This document shows, one piece after another, positions 39,501-54,500 of a DNA stretch of 64,000 bases. The position numbers and the translations under genes were made by a program. Each line of letters begins with the position of its first letter. Position 1 is the first letter of the stretch. The notes below the pieces were generated by a model. That model made no database searches and was not told the DNA's origin. It was given only the letters and a program-made list of their open reading frames with translations. This DNA is from Lingula anatina (Eukaryota; Animalia; Brachiopoda). Location of the stretch: positions 13,454,001-13,518,000 of the forward strand of contig CM120642.1 of assembly GCA_051362555.1 (NCBI GenBank), in the 5' to 3' direction.

Positions 39501-42500
39501 AGTCCATGTCCGGGTGGGGTCGCTAGTCATCTTCATTGTCATGTAAAAAGAAATGAAAAACAAGATTAGATTTATTCAATTGAACCATCCCTCCCCCGCA
39601 AAAAAAATAAAATTCACTAACCTTAGCTTGGATCCAAGAGTGAAGTCCATGTCCGGGTGGGGTCGCTCGTCATCTTCATTGTCCTGTAAAAAGAAATGAA
39701 AAACAAGATTAGATTTATTCAATTGAACCATCCCACCACCCCAAAGAAATAAAATTTACTAACCTTAGCTTGGATCCAAGAATGAAGTCCATGTCCGTTT
39801 GGGGTCACTCGTCATCCTAATTGTCCTGTAAAAAGAAATGAAAAACAAGATTAGATTTATTCAATTTACCTATCCCACCACCCTAAAGAAATAAAATTTA
39901 CTAACCATAGCTTGGATCCAAGAGTGAAGTCCATGTCCGGGTGGGGTCGCTCGTCATCTTCATTGTCCTAAAAAAGAAATGAAAAACAAGATTAGATTTA
40001 TTCAATTTACCCATCCCACCACCCCCAAAAAAATCAAATTCACTAACCTTATTTTGGATCCAAGAGTGAAGTCCATGTCCGGGTGGGGTTGCTCGTCATC
40101 TTCATTGTCCTGTAAAAAGAAATGAAAAACAAGATTAGATTTATTCAATTGAACCATCCCTCCCCCGCAAAAAAAAAAAAATAAATAAAATTCACTAACT
40201 TTAGCTTGGATCCAAGTGTGAAGTCCATGTCCGGGTGGGGTCGCTCGTCATTTTCATTGTCCTGTAAAAAGAAATGAAAAACAAGATTAGATTTATTCAA
40301 TTTACCCATCCCACCACCCCAAAAAAATAAAATTTACTAACCTTAGCTTGGATCCAAGAGTGAAGTCCATGTCCAGGTTGGGTCTCTCGTCATCTTCATT
40401 GTCCTGTAAAAAGAAATGAAAAACAAGATTAGATTTATTCAATTAACCCATCCCACCACCCCAAAAAAATCAAATTTACTAACCTTATTTTGGATCCAAG
40501 AGTGAAGTCCATGTCCAGGTGGGGTCGCTCATCATCTTCATTGTCCTGTAAAAAGAAATGAAAAGCAAGATTAGATTTATTCAAATGAACCATCCCTCCC
40601 CCGCAAAAAAAAATAAAATTCACTAACCTTAGCTTGGATCCAAGAGTGAAGTCCATGTCCGCGTGGGGTCGCTCGTCATCTTCATTGTCCTGTAAAAAAA
40701 AATAAAAAAAACAAGATTAGATTTATTCAATTTACCTATCCCACCACCCCCAAAAAATAAAATTTAGTAACCTTAGCTTGGATCCAAGAGTGAAGTCCAT
40801 GTCCGGGTGGGGTCGCTCGTCATCTTCATTGTCCTGTAAAAAGAAATGAAAAACAAGATTAGATTTATTCAATTGAACCATCCCACCACCTAAAAGAAAT
40901 AAAATTTACTAACCTTAGCTTGGATCCAAGAGTGAAGTCCATGTTCGGGTGGGGTCGCACGTCATCTTCTTTGTCCTGTAAAAACAAATGAAAAACAAGA
41001 TTAGATTTATTCAATTGAACCATCCCTCCCCCGCAAAAAAAATAAAATTTATTAACCTTAGCTTGGATCCAAGAGTGAAGTCCATGTCGGGGTGGGGTCG
41101 CTCCTCATCTTAATTGTCCTGTAAAAAGAAATGAAAAACAAGATTAGATTTATTCAATTGAACCATCCCACCACCCCAAAGAAATAAAATTTACTAACCT
41201 TAGCTTGGATCCAAGAATGAAGTCCATGTCCGTTTGGGGTCACTCGTCATCTTCATTGTCCTGTAAAAAGAAATGAAAAACAAGATTAGATTTATTCAAT
41301 TGACCCATCCCACCACCCCCAAAAAATCAAATTTACTAACCTTATTTTGGATCCAAGAGTAAAGTCCATGTTCGGGTGGGGTCGCTCGTCATCTTCATTG
41401 TCCTGTAAAAAGAAATGAAAAGCAAGATTAGATTTATTCAAATGAACCATCCCTCCCCCGCAAAAAAAAATAAAATTCACTAACCTTAGCTTGGATCCAA
41501 GAGTGAAGTCCATGTCCGGGTGGGGTCGCTCGTCATCTTCATTGTCCTGTAAAAAGATATGAAAAACAAGATTAGATTATTCAATTGAACCATCCCACCA
41601 CCCCAAAGAAATAAAATTTACTAACCTTAGCTTGGATCCAAGAGTAAAGTCCATGTCCGGGTGGGGTCGCACGTCATCTTCTTTGTCCTGTAAAAAGAAA
41701 TGAAAAACAAGATTAGAATTATTCAATTGAATCATCCCTCCCCCGCAAAAAAAATAAAATTCACTAACCTTAGCTTGGATCCAAGAGTGAAGTCCATGTC
41801 CGGGTGGGGTCGCTCGTCATCTTCATTGTCATGTAAAAAGAAATGAAAAACAAGATTAGATTTATTCAATTGAACCATCCCTCCACCGCAAAAAAAATAA
41901 AATTCACTAACCTTAGCTTGGATCAAAGAGTGAAGTCCATGTCCGGGTGGGGTCGCTCGTCATCTTCATTGTCCTGTAAAAAGAAATGAAAAACAAGATT
42001 AGATTTATTCAATTGAACCATCCCACCACCCCAAAGAAATAAAATTTACTAACCTTAGCTTGGATCCAAGAATGAAGTCCATGTCCGTTTGGGGTCACTC
42101 GTCATCCTAATTGTCCTGTAAAAAGAAATGAAAAACAAGATTAGATTTATTCAATTTACCTATCCCACCACCCTAAAGAAATAAAATTTACTAACCATAG
42201 CTTGGATCCAAGAGTGAAGTCCATGTCCGGGTGGGGTCGCTCGTCATCTTCATTGTCCTAAAAAAGAAATGAAAAACAAGATTAGATTTATTCAATTTAC
42301 CCATCCCACCACCCCCAAAAAAATCAAATTCACTAACCTTATTTTGGATCCAAGAGTGAAGTCCATGTCCGGGTGGGGTCGCTCGTCATCTTCTTTGTCC
42401 TGTAAAAAGAAATGAAAAACAAGATTAGATTTATTCAATTGAACCATCCCTCCCCCGCAAAAAAAAAATAAATAAAATTCACTAACTTTAGCTTGGATCC

Positions 42501-45500
42501 AAGAGTGAAGTCCATGTCCGGGTGGGGTCGCTCGTCATTTTCATTGTCCTGTAAAAAGAAATGAAAAACAAGATTAGATTTATTCAATTTACCCATCCCA
42601 CCACCCCAAAAAAATAAAATTTACTAACCTTAGCTTAGATCCAAGAGTGAAGTCCATGTCCAGGTTGGGTCTCTCGTCATCTTCATTGTCCTGTAAAAAG
42701 AAATGAAAAACAAGATTAGATTTATTCAATTAACCCATCCCACCACCCCAAAAAAATCAAATTTACTAACCTTAGCTTGGATCCAAGAGTGAAGTCCATG
42801 TCCGGGTGGGGTCGCTCATCATCTTCATTGTCCTGTAAAAAGAAATGAAAAGCAAGATTAGATTTATTCAAATGAACCATCCCTCCCCCCGCAAAAAAAA
42901 ATAAAATTCACTAACCTTAGCTTGGATCCAAGAGTGAAATCCATGTCCGCGTGGGGTCGCTCGTCATCTTCATTGTCCTGTAAAAAAAAAAAAAAAAAAC
43001 AAGATTAGATTTATTCAATTTACCTATCCCACCACCCCCAAAAAATAAAATTTACTAACCTTAGCTTGGATCCAAGAGTGAAGTCCATGTGAGGGTGGGG
43101 TCGCTCGTCATCTTCATTGTCCTGTAAAAAGAAATGAAAAACAAGATTAGATTTATTCAATTGAACCATCCCACCACCTAAAAGAAATAAAATTTACTAA
43201 CCTTAGCTTGGATCCAAGAGTGAAGTCCATGTGAGGGTGGGGTCGCTCTTCATCTTCATTGTCCTAAAAAAGAAATGGAAAACAAGATTAGATTTATTCA
43301 ATTTACCCATCCCACCACCCCCAAAAAAATCAAATTCACTAACCTTATTTTGGATCCAAGAGTAAAGTCCATGTCCGGGTGGGGTCGCTCGTCATCTTCA
43401 TTGTCCTGTAAAAAGAAATGAAAACAAAGATTAGATTTATTCAATTGAACCATCCCTCCCCCCGCAAAAAAAAAAAAAATTCACTAACCTTAGCTTGGAT
43501 CCAAGAGTGAAGTCCATGTCCGCGTGGGGTCGCTCGTCATCTTCATTGTCCTGTAAAAAAAAATAAAAAAAAACAAGATTAGATTTATTCAATTTACCCA
43601 TCCCACCACCCCAAAAAAATCAAATTTACTAACCTTAGCTTGGATCCAAGAGTGAAGTCCATGTCCGGGTGGGGTCGCTCATCATCTTCATTGTCCTGTA
43701 AAAAGAAATGAAAGGCAAGATTAGATTTATTCAAATGAACCATCCCTCCCCCCGCAAAAAAAAATAAAATTCACTAACCTTAGCTTGGATCCAAGAGTGA
43801 AATCCATGTCCGCGTGGGGTCGCTCGTCATCTTCATTGTCCTGTAAAAAAAATAAAAAAAACAAGATTAGATTTATTCAATTTACCTATCCCACCACCCC
43901 CAAAAAATAAAATTTACTAACCTTAGCTTGGATCCAAGAGTGAAGTCCATGTCCGGGTGGGGTCACTCGTCATCTTCATTGTACTGTAAAAAGAAATGAA
44001 AAACAAGATTAGATTTATTCAATTGAACCATCCCACCACCTAAAAGAAATAAAATTTACTAACCTTAGCTTGGATCCAAGAGTGAAGTCCATGTTCGGGT
44101 GGGGTCGCACGTCATCTTCTTTGTCCTGTAAAAAGAAATGAAAAACAAGATTAGATTTATTCAATTGAACCATCCCTCCCCCGCAAAAAAAATAAAATTT
44201 ATTAACCTTAGCTTGGATCCAAGAGTGAAGTCCATGTCGGGGTGGGGTCGCTCCTCATCTTAATTGTCCTGTAAAAAGAAATGAAAAACAAGATTAGATT
44301 TTTTCAATTGAACCATCCCACCACCCCAAAGAAATAAAATTTACTAACCTTAGCTTGGATCCAAGAATGAAGTCCATGTCCGTTTGGGGTCACTCGTCAT
44401 CTTCATTGTCCTGTAAAAAGAAATGAAAAACAAGATTAGATTTATTCAATTTACCTATCCCACCACCCTAAAAAAATAAAATTTACTAACCTTAGCTTGG
44501 ATCCAAGAGTGAAGTCCATGTCCGGATGAGGTCGCTCTTCATCTTCATTGTCCTAAAAAAGAAATGGAAAACAAGATTAGATTTATTCAATTTACCCATC
44601 CCACCACCCCCAAAAAAATCAAATTCACTAACCTTATTTTGGATCCAAGAGTGAAGTCCATGTCCGGGTGGGGTCGCTCGTCATCTTCATTGTCCTGTAA
44701 AAAGAAATGAAAACAAAGATTACATTTATTCAATTGAACCATCACACCACATCAAAGAAATAAAATTTACTAACCATAGCTTGGATCCAAGAGTGAAGTC
44801 CATGTCTGGGTGGGGTAGCTCGTCATCTTCATTGTCCTGTAAAAAGATATGAAAAACAAGATTAGATTATTCAATTGAACCATCCCACCACCCCAAAGAA
44901 ATAAAATTTACTAACCTTAGCTTGGATCCAAGAGTGAAGTCCATGTCCGGGTGGGGTCGCACGTCATCTTCTTTGTCCTGTAAAAGGAAATGAAAAACAA
45001 GATTAGATTTATTCAATTGAACCATCCCTCCCCCGCAAAAAAAAATAAAATTTACTAACCTTAGCTTGGATCCAAGAGTGAAGTCCATGTCCGGGTGGGG
45101 TCGCTCGTCATCTTCATTGTCCTGTAAAAAGATATGAAAAACAAGATTAGATTTATTCAACTGAACCATCCCACCACCCCAAAGAAATAAAATTTACTAA
45201 CCTTAGCTTGGATCCAAGAGTGAAGTCCATGTCTGGGTGGGGTCGCTCCTCATCTTCATTGTCCTTTAAAAAGAAATGAAAAACAAGATTAGCTTTATTC
45301 AATTTACCCATCCCACCACCCCAAAAAAATAAAATTTACTAACCTTAGCTTGGACCCAAGAGTGAAGTCCATGTCCGGGTGGGGTTGCACGTCATCTTCT
45401 TTGTCCTGTAAAAAGAAATGAAAAACAAGATTAGATTTATTCAATTGAACCATCCCTCCACCGCAAATAAAATAAAATTCACTAACCTTAGCTTTGATGC

Positions 45501-48500
45501 AAGAGTGAAGTCCATGTCCGGGTGGGGTCGCTCCTCATCTTCATTGTCATGTAAAAAGAAATGAAAAACAAGATTAGATTTATTCAATTGAACCATCCCT
45601 CCCCCGCAAAAAAAATAAAATTCACTAACCTTAGCTTGGATCAAAGAGTGAAGTACATGTCCGGGTGGGGTCGCTCGTCATCTTCATTGTCCTGTAAAAA
45701 GAAATGAAAAACAAGATTAGATTTATTCAATTGAACCATCCCACCACCCCAAAGAAATAAAATTTACTAACCTTAGCTTGGATCCAAGAATGAAGTCCAT
45801 GTCCGTTTGGGATCACTCGTCATCATCATTGTCCTGTAAAAAGAAATGAAAAACAAAATTAGATTTATTCAATTTACCTATCCCACCACCCTAAAGAAAT
45901 GAAATTTACTAACCATAGCTTGGATCCAAGAGTGAAGTCCATGTCCGGGTGGGGTCGCTCGTCATCTTCATTGTCCTTAAAAAGATATGAAAAACAAGAT
46001 TAGATTTATTCAATTTACCCATCCCACCACCCCCAAAAAAATCAAATTCACTAACCTTTATCTGGATCCAAGAGTGAAGTCCATGTCCGGGTGGGGTCGC
46101 TCGTCATTTTCATTGTCCTGTAAAAATAAATGAAAAACAAGATTAGATTTATTCAATTGAACCATCCCTCCCCCGCAAAAAAAAAAATAAAATTCACTAA
46201 CTTTAGCTTGGATCCAAGAGTGAAGTCCATGTCCGGGTGGGGTCGCTCGTCATTTTCATTGTCCTGTAAAAAGAAATGAAAAACAAGATTAGATTTATTC
46301 AATTTACCCATCCCACCACCCCCAAAAAATAAAATTTACTAACCTTAGCTTGGATCCAAGAGTGAAGTCCATGTCCAGGTTGGGTCTCTCGTCATCTTCA
46401 TTGTCCTGTAAAAAGAAATGAAAAACAAGATTAGATTTATTCAATTTACCTATCCCACCACCCCCAAAAAATAAAATTTACTAACCTTAGCTTGGATCCA
46501 AGAGTGAAGTCCATGTCCGGGTGGGGTCGCTCGTCATCTTCATTGTCCTGTAAAAAGATATGAAAAACAAGATTAGATTTATTCAATTGAACCATCCCAC
46601 CACCCCAAAGAAATAAAATTTACTAACCTTAGCTTGGATCCAAGAGTGAAGTCTATGTCCGGGTGGGGTCGCACGTCATCTTCTTTGTCCTGTAAAAAGA
46701 AATGAAAAACAAGATTAGATTTATTCAATTGAACCATCCCACCACCCCAAAGAAATAAAATTTACTAACCTTAGCTTGGATCCAAGAATGAAGTCCATGT
46801 CGGGGTGGGGTCGCTCCTCATCTTCATTGCCCTGTAAAAAGAAATGAAAAACAAGATTAGATTTATTCAATTGAACCATCCCACCACCCCAAAGAAATAA
46901 AATTTACTAACCTTAGCTTGGATCCAAGAATGAAGTCCATGTCCGTTTGGGGTCGCTCGTCATCTTCATTGTCCTGTAAAAAGAAATGAAAAACAAGATT
47001 AGATTTATTCAATTTACCTATCCCACCACCCTAAAAAAATAAAATTTACTAACCTTAGCTTGGATCCAAGAGTGAAGTCCATGTCCGGATGGGGTCGCTC
47101 GTCATCTTCATTGTCCTAAAAAAGAAATGAAAAACAAGATTAGATTTATTCAATTTACCCATCCCACCACCCCCAAAAAAATCAAATTCACTAACCTTAT
47201 TTTGGATACAAGAGTGAAGTCCATGTCCGGGTGGGGTCGCTCGTCATCTTCATTGTCCTGTAAAAAGAAATGAAAAACAAGATTAGATTTATTCAATTGA
47301 ACCATCCCTCCCCCGCAAAAAAATAAAATTTACTAACCTTAGCTTGGATCCAAGAGTGAAGTCCATGTCCAGGTTGGGTCTCTCGTCATCTTCATTGTCC
47401 TGTAAAAAGAAATGAAAAACAAGATTAGATTTATTCAATTGAACCATCCCACCACCCCAAAGAAATAAAATTTACTAACCTTAGCTTGGATCCAAGAGTG
47501 AAGTCCATGTCCGGGTGGGGTCGCACGTCATCTTCTTTGTCCTGTAGAAAGAAATGAAAAACAAGATTAGATTTATTCAATTGAACCATCCCTCCCCTGC
47601 AAAAAAAATAAAATTTACTAACCTTAGCTTGGATCCAAGAGTGAAGTCCATGTCGGGGTGGGGTCGCTCCTCATCTTCATTGTCCTGTAAAAAGATATGA
47701 AAAACAAGATTAGATTTTTCAATTGAACCATCCCACCACCCGAAAGAAATAAAATTTACTAACCTTAGCTTGGATCCAAGAGTGAAGTCCATGTCTGGGT
47801 GGGGTCGCTCCTCATCTTCATTGTCCTGTAAAAAGAAATGAAAAACAAGATTAGATTTATTCAATTGAACCATCCCTCCCCCGCAAAAGAAATAAAATTT
47901 ACTAACCTTAGCTTGGATCCAAGAGTGAAGTCCATGTCCGGGTGGGGTCGCTCGTCATCTTCATTGTCCTGTAAAAAGAAATGAAAAGCAAGATTAGATT
48001 TATTCAAATGAACCATCCCTCCCCCGCAAAAAAAAATAAAATTCACTAACCTTAGCTTGGATCCAAGAGTGAAGTCCATGTCCGGGTGGGGTCGCTCGTC
48101 ATCTTCATTGTCCTGTAAAAAGAAATGAAAAACAAGATTAGATTTATTCAATTTACCTATCCCACCACCCCAAAAAAATAAAATTTACTAACCTTAGCTT
48201 GGATCCAAGAGTGAAGTCCATGTCCGGGTGGGGTCGCTCGTCATCTTCATTGTCCTGTAAAAAGAAATGAAAAACAAGATTAGATTTATTCAATTGAACC
48301 ATCCCTCCCCCGCAAAAAAAATAAAATTCACTAACCTTAGCTTGGATCCAAGAGTGAAGTCCATGTCCGGGTGGGGTCGCTCGTCATCTTCATTGTCCTG
48401 TAAAAAGAAATGAAAAACAAGATTAGATTTATTCAACTGAACCATCCCACCACCCCAAAGAAATAAAATTTACTAACCTTAGCTTGGATCCAAGAGTGAA

Positions 48501-51500
48501 GACCATGTCTGGGTGGGGTCGATCGTCATCTTTTTTATCCTGTAAAAATAAATGAAAAACAAGATTAGATTTATTCAATTTACCCATCCCACCACCCCAA
48601 AAAAGATAAAATTTACTAACCTTAGCTTGGATCCAAGAGTGAAGTCCATGTCCGGGTGGGGTCGCTCGTCATCTTCATTGTCCTGTAAAAATAAATGAAA
48701 AACAAGATTAGATTTATTCAATTTACCCATCCCACCACCCCAAAAAAGATAAAATTTACTAACCTTAGCTTGGATCCAAGAGTGAAGTCCATGCCCGGGT
48801 GGGGTCACTCGTCATCTTCATTGTCCTGTAAAAAGAAATGAAAAACAAGATTAGATTTATTCAATTGACCCATCCCACCACCCCCAAAAAATCAAATTTA
48901 CTAACCTTATTTTGGATCCAAGAGTGAAGTCCATGTCCGGGTGGGGTCGCTCGTCATCTTCTTTGTCCTGTAAAAAGAAATGAAAAACAAGATTAGATTT
49001 ATTCAATTGAACCATCCCTCCCCCGCAAAAAAAAAAAATTTAATAACCTTAACTTGGATCCAAGAGTGAAGTCCATGTCGGGGTGGGGTCGCTCCTCATC
49101 TTCATTGTCCTGTAAAAAGAAATGAAAAACAAGATTAGATTTATTCAATTGAACCATCCCACCACCCCAAAGAAATAAAATTTACTAACCTTAGCTTGGA
49201 TCCAAGAATGAAGTCCATGTCCGTTTGGGGTCACTCGTCATCTTCATTGTCCTGTAAAAAGAAATGAAAAACAAGATTAGATTTATTCAATTTACCTATC
49301 CCACCACCCTAAAAAAATAAAATTTACTAACCTTAGCTTGGGTCCAAGAGTGAAGTCCATGTCCGGATGGGGTCGCTCGTCATCTTCATTGTCCTAAAAA
49401 AGAAATGAAAAACAAGATTAGATTTATTCAATTTACCCATCCCACCACCCCCAAAAAAATCAAATTCACTAACCTTATTTTGGATCCAAGAGTGAAGTCC
49501 ATGTCCGGGTGGGGTCGCTCGTCATCTTCATTGTCCTGTAAAAAGAAATGAAAAACAAGATTAGATTTATTCAATTGAACCATCCCTCCCCCGCAAAAAA
49601 ATAAAATTTACTAACCTTAGCCTGGATCCAAGAGTGAAGTCCATGTCCGGGTGGGGTCGCTCGTCATCTTCATTGTCCTGTAAAAAGAAATGAAAAACAA
49701 GATTAGATTTATTCAATTGAACCATCCCTCCCCCGCAAAAAAATAAAATTTACTAACCTTAGCTTGGATCCAAGAGTGAAGTCCATGTCCAGGTTGGGTC
49801 TCTCGTCATCTTCATTGTCCTGTAAAAAGAAATGAAAAACAAGATTAGATTTATTCAATTGAACCATCCCACCACCCCAAAGAAATAAAATTTACTAACC
49901 TTAGCTTGGATCCAAGAGTGAAGTCCATGTCCGGGTGGGGTCGCACGTCATCTTCATTGTCCTGTAAAAAGAAATGAAAAACAAGATTAGATTTATTCAA
50001 TTGAACCATCCCTCCCCCGCAAAAGAAATAAAATTTACTAACCTTAGCTTGGATCCAAGAGTGAAGTCCATGTCCGGGTGGGGTCGCTCGTCATCTTCAT
50101 TGTCCTGTAAAAAGAAATGAAAAGCAAGATTAGATTTATTCAAATGAACCATCCCTCCCCCGCAAAAAAAAATAAAATTCACTAACCTTAGCTTGGATCC
50201 AAGAGTGAAGTCCATGTCCGGGTGGGGTCGCTCGTCATCTTCATTGTCCTGTAAAAAGAAATGAAAAACAAGATTAGATTTATTCAATTTACCTATCCCA
50301 CCACCCCAAAAAAATAAAATTTACTAACCTTAGCTTGGATCCAAGAGTGAAGTCCATGTCCGGGTGGGGTCGCTCGTCATCTTCATTGTCCTGTAAAAAG
50401 AAATGAAAAACAAGATTAGATTTATTCAATTGAACCATCCCTCCCCCGCAAAAAAAATAAAATTCACTAACCTTAGCTTGGATCCAAGAGTGAAGTCCAT
50501 GTCCGGGTGGGGTCGCTCGTCATCTTCATTGTCCTGTAAAAAGAAATGAAAAACAAGATTAGATTTATTCAACTGAACCATCCCACCACCCCAAAGAAAT
50601 AAAATTTACTAACCTTAGCTTGGATCCAAGAGTGAAGACCATGTCTGGGTGGGGTCGATCGTCATCTTCTTTATCCTGTAAAAATAAATGAAAAACAAGA
50701 TTAGATTTATTCAATTTACCCATCCCACCACCCCAAAAAAGATAAAATTTACTAACCTTAGCTTGGATCCAAGAGTGAAGTCCATGTCCGGGTGGGGTCG
50801 CTCGTCATCTTCATTGTCCTGTTAAAATAAATGAAAAACAAGATTAGATTTATTCAATTTACCCATCCCACCACCCCAAAAAAGATAAAATTTACTAACC
50901 TTAGCTTGGATCCAAGAGTGAAGTCCATGCCCGGGTGGGGTCACTCGTCATCTTCATTGTCCTGTAAAAAGAAATGAAAAACAAGATTAGATTTATTCAA
51001 TTGACCCATCCCACCACCCCCAAAAAATCAAATTTACTAACCTTATTTTGGATCCAAGAGTGAAGTCCATGTCCGGGTGGGGTCGCTCGTCATCTTCTTT
51101 GTCCTGTAAAAAGAAATGAAAAACAAGATTAGATTTATTCAATTGAACCATCCCTCCCCCGCAAAAAAAAAAAATTTAATAACCTTAACTTGGATCCAAG
51201 AGTGAAGTCCATGTCGGGGTGGGGTCGCTCCTCATCTTCATTGTCCTGTAAAAAGAAATGAAAAACAAGATTAGATTTATTCAATTGAACCATCCCACCA
51301 CCCCAAAGAAATAAAATTTACTAACCTTAGCTTGGATCCAAGAATGAAGTCCATGTCCGTTTGGGGTCACTCGTCATCTTCATTGTCCTGTAAAAAGAAA
51401 TGAAAAACAAGATTAGATTTATTCAATTGACCTATCCCACCACCCTAAAAAAATAAAATTTACTAACCTTAGCTTGGGTCCAAGAGTGAAGTCCATGTCC

Positions 51501-54500
51501 GGATGGGGTCGCTCGTCATCTTCATTGTCCTAAAAAAGAAATGAAAAACAAGATTAGATTTATTCAATTTACCCATCCCACCACCCCCAAAAAAATCAAA
51601 TTCACTAACCTTATTTTGGATCCAAGAGTGAAGTCCATGTCCGGGTGGGGTCGCTCGTCATCTTCATTGTCCTGTAAAAAGAAATGAAAAACAAGATTAG
51701 ATTTATTCAATTGAACCATCCCTCCCCCGCAAAAAAATAAAATTTACTAACCTTAGCTTGGATCCAAGAGTGAAGTCCATGTCCAGGTTGGGTCTCTCGT
51801 CATCTTCATTGTCCTGTAAAAAGAAATGAAAAACAAGATTAGATTTATTCAATTAACCCATCCCACCACCCCCAAAAAATCAAATTTACTAACCTTATTT
51901 TGGATCCAAGAGTGAAGTCCATGTCCGGGTGGGGTCGCTCATCATCTTCATTGTCCTGTAAAAAAAAATGAAAAGCTAGATTAGATTTATTCAAATGAAC
52001 CATCCCTCCCCCGCAAAAAAAAAATAAAATTCACTAACCTTAGCTTGGATCCAAGAGTGAAGTCCATGTCCGGGTGGGGTCGCTCGTCATCTTCATTGTC
52101 CTGTAAAAAGAAATAAAAAACAGGATTAGATTTATTCAATTTACCTATCCCACCACCCCCAAAAAATAAAATTTACTAACCTTAGCTTGGATCCAAAAGT
52201 GAAGTCCATGTCCGGGTTGGGTCGCTCGTCATCTTCATTGTCCTGTAAAAAGATATGAAAAACAAGATTAGATTTATTCAATTGAACCATCCCACCACCC
52301 CAAAGAAATAAAATTTACTAACCTTAGCTTGGATCCAAGAGTGAAGTCCATGTCCGGGTGGGGTCGCTCGTCATCTTCATTGTCCTGTAAAAAGAAATGA
52401 AAAACAAGATTAGATTTATTCAATTGAACCATCCCTCCCCCGCAAAAAAATAAAATTTACTAACCTTAGCTTGGATCCAAGAGTGAAGTCCATGTCCAGG
52501 TTGGGTCTCTCGTCATCTTCATTGTCCTGTAAAAAGAAATGAAAAACAAGATTAGATTTATTCAATTAACCCATCCCACCACCCCAAAAAAATCAAATTT
52601 ACTAACCTTATTTTGGATCCAAGAGTGAAGTCCATGTCCGGGTGGGGTCACTCATCATCTTCATTGTCCTGTAAAAAGAAATGAAAAGCTAGATTAGATT
52701 TATACAAATGAACCATCCCTCCCCCGCAAAAAAAAATAAAATTCACTAACCTTAGCTTGGATCCAAGAGTGAAGTCCATGTCGGGGTGGGGTCGCTCGTC
52801 ATCTTCATTGTCCTGTAAAAAGAAATGAAAAACAAGATTAGATTTATTCAATTGAACCATCCCACCACCCCAAAGAAATAAAATTTATTAAACTTAGCTT
52901 GGATCCAAGAGTGAAGTCCATGTCCGGGTGGGGTCGCACGTCATCTTCTTTGTCCTGTAAAAAGAAATGAAAAACAAGATTAGATTTATTCAATTTACCC
53001 ATCCCTCCCCTGCAAAAAAAATAAAATTTACTAACCTTAGCTTGGATCCAAGAGTGAAGTCCATGTCGGGGTGGGGTCGCTCGTCATCTTCATTGTCCTG
53101 TAAAAAGAAATGAAAAACAAGATTAGATTTATTCAATTTACCTATCCCACCACCCCAAAAAAATAAAATTTACTAACCTTAGCTTGGATCCAAGAGTGAA
53201 GTCCATGTCCGGGTGGGGTCGCTCGTAATCTTCATTGTCCTGTAAAAAGAAATGAAAAACAAGATTAGATTTATTCAATTTACCTATCCCACCACCCTAA
53301 AAAATTAAAATTTACTAACCTTAGCTTGGATCCAAGAGTGAAGTCCATGTCCGGGTGGGGTCGCACGTCATCTTCTTTGTCCTGTAGAAAGAAATGAAAA
53401 ACAAGATTAGATTTATTCAATTGAACCATCCCTCCCCTGCAAAAAAAATAAAATTTACTAACCTTAGCTTGGATCCAAGAGTGAAGTCCATGTCTGGGTG
53501 GGGTCGCTCCTCATCTTCATTGTCCTGTAAAAAGAAATGAAAAACAAGATTAGATTTATTCAATTGAACCATCCCTCCCCCGCAAAAGAAATAAAATTTA
53601 CTAACCTTAGCTTGGATCCAAGAGTGAAGTCCATGTCCGGGTGGGGTCGCTCTTCATCTTCATTGTCCTGTAAAAAGAAATGAAAAGCAAGATTAGATTT
53701 ATTCAAATGAACCATCCCTCCCCCGCAAAAAAAAATAAAATTCACTAACCTTAGCTTGGATCCAAGAGTGAAGTCCATGTCCGGGTTGGGTCGCTCGTCA
53801 TCTTCATTGTCCTGTAAAAAGATATGAAAAGCTAGATTAGATTTATTCAATTGAACCATCCCTCCCCCGCAAAAAAATAAAATTTACTAACCTTAGCTTG
53901 GATCCAAGAGTGAAGTCCATGTCCAGGTTGGGTCTCTCGTCATCTTCATTGTCCTGTAAAAAGAAATGAAAAACAAGATTAGATTTATTCAATTAACCCA
54001 TCCCACCACCCCAAAAAAATCAAATTTACTAACCTTATTTTGGATCCAAGAGTGAAGTCCATGTCCGGGTGGGGTCACTCATCATCTTCATTGTCCTGTA
54101 AAAAGAAATGAAAAGCTAGATTAGATTTATTCAAATGAACCATCCCTCCCCCGCAAAAAAAAATAAAATTCACTAACCTTAGCTTGGATCCAAGAGTGAA
54201 GTCCATGTCGGGGTGGGGTCGCTCGTCATCTTCATTGTCCTGTAAAAAGAAATGAAAAACAAGATTAGATTTATTCAATTGAACCATCCCACCACCCCAA
54301 AGAAATAAAATTTATTAAACTTAGCTTGGATCCAAGAGTGAAGTCCATGTCCGGGTGGGGTCGCACGTCATCTTCTTTGTCCTGTAAAAAGAAATGAAAA
54401 ACAAGATTAGATTTATTCAATTTACCCATCCCTCCCCTGCAAAAAAAATAAAATTTACTAACCTTAGCTTGGATCCAAGAGTGAAGTCCATGTCGGGGTG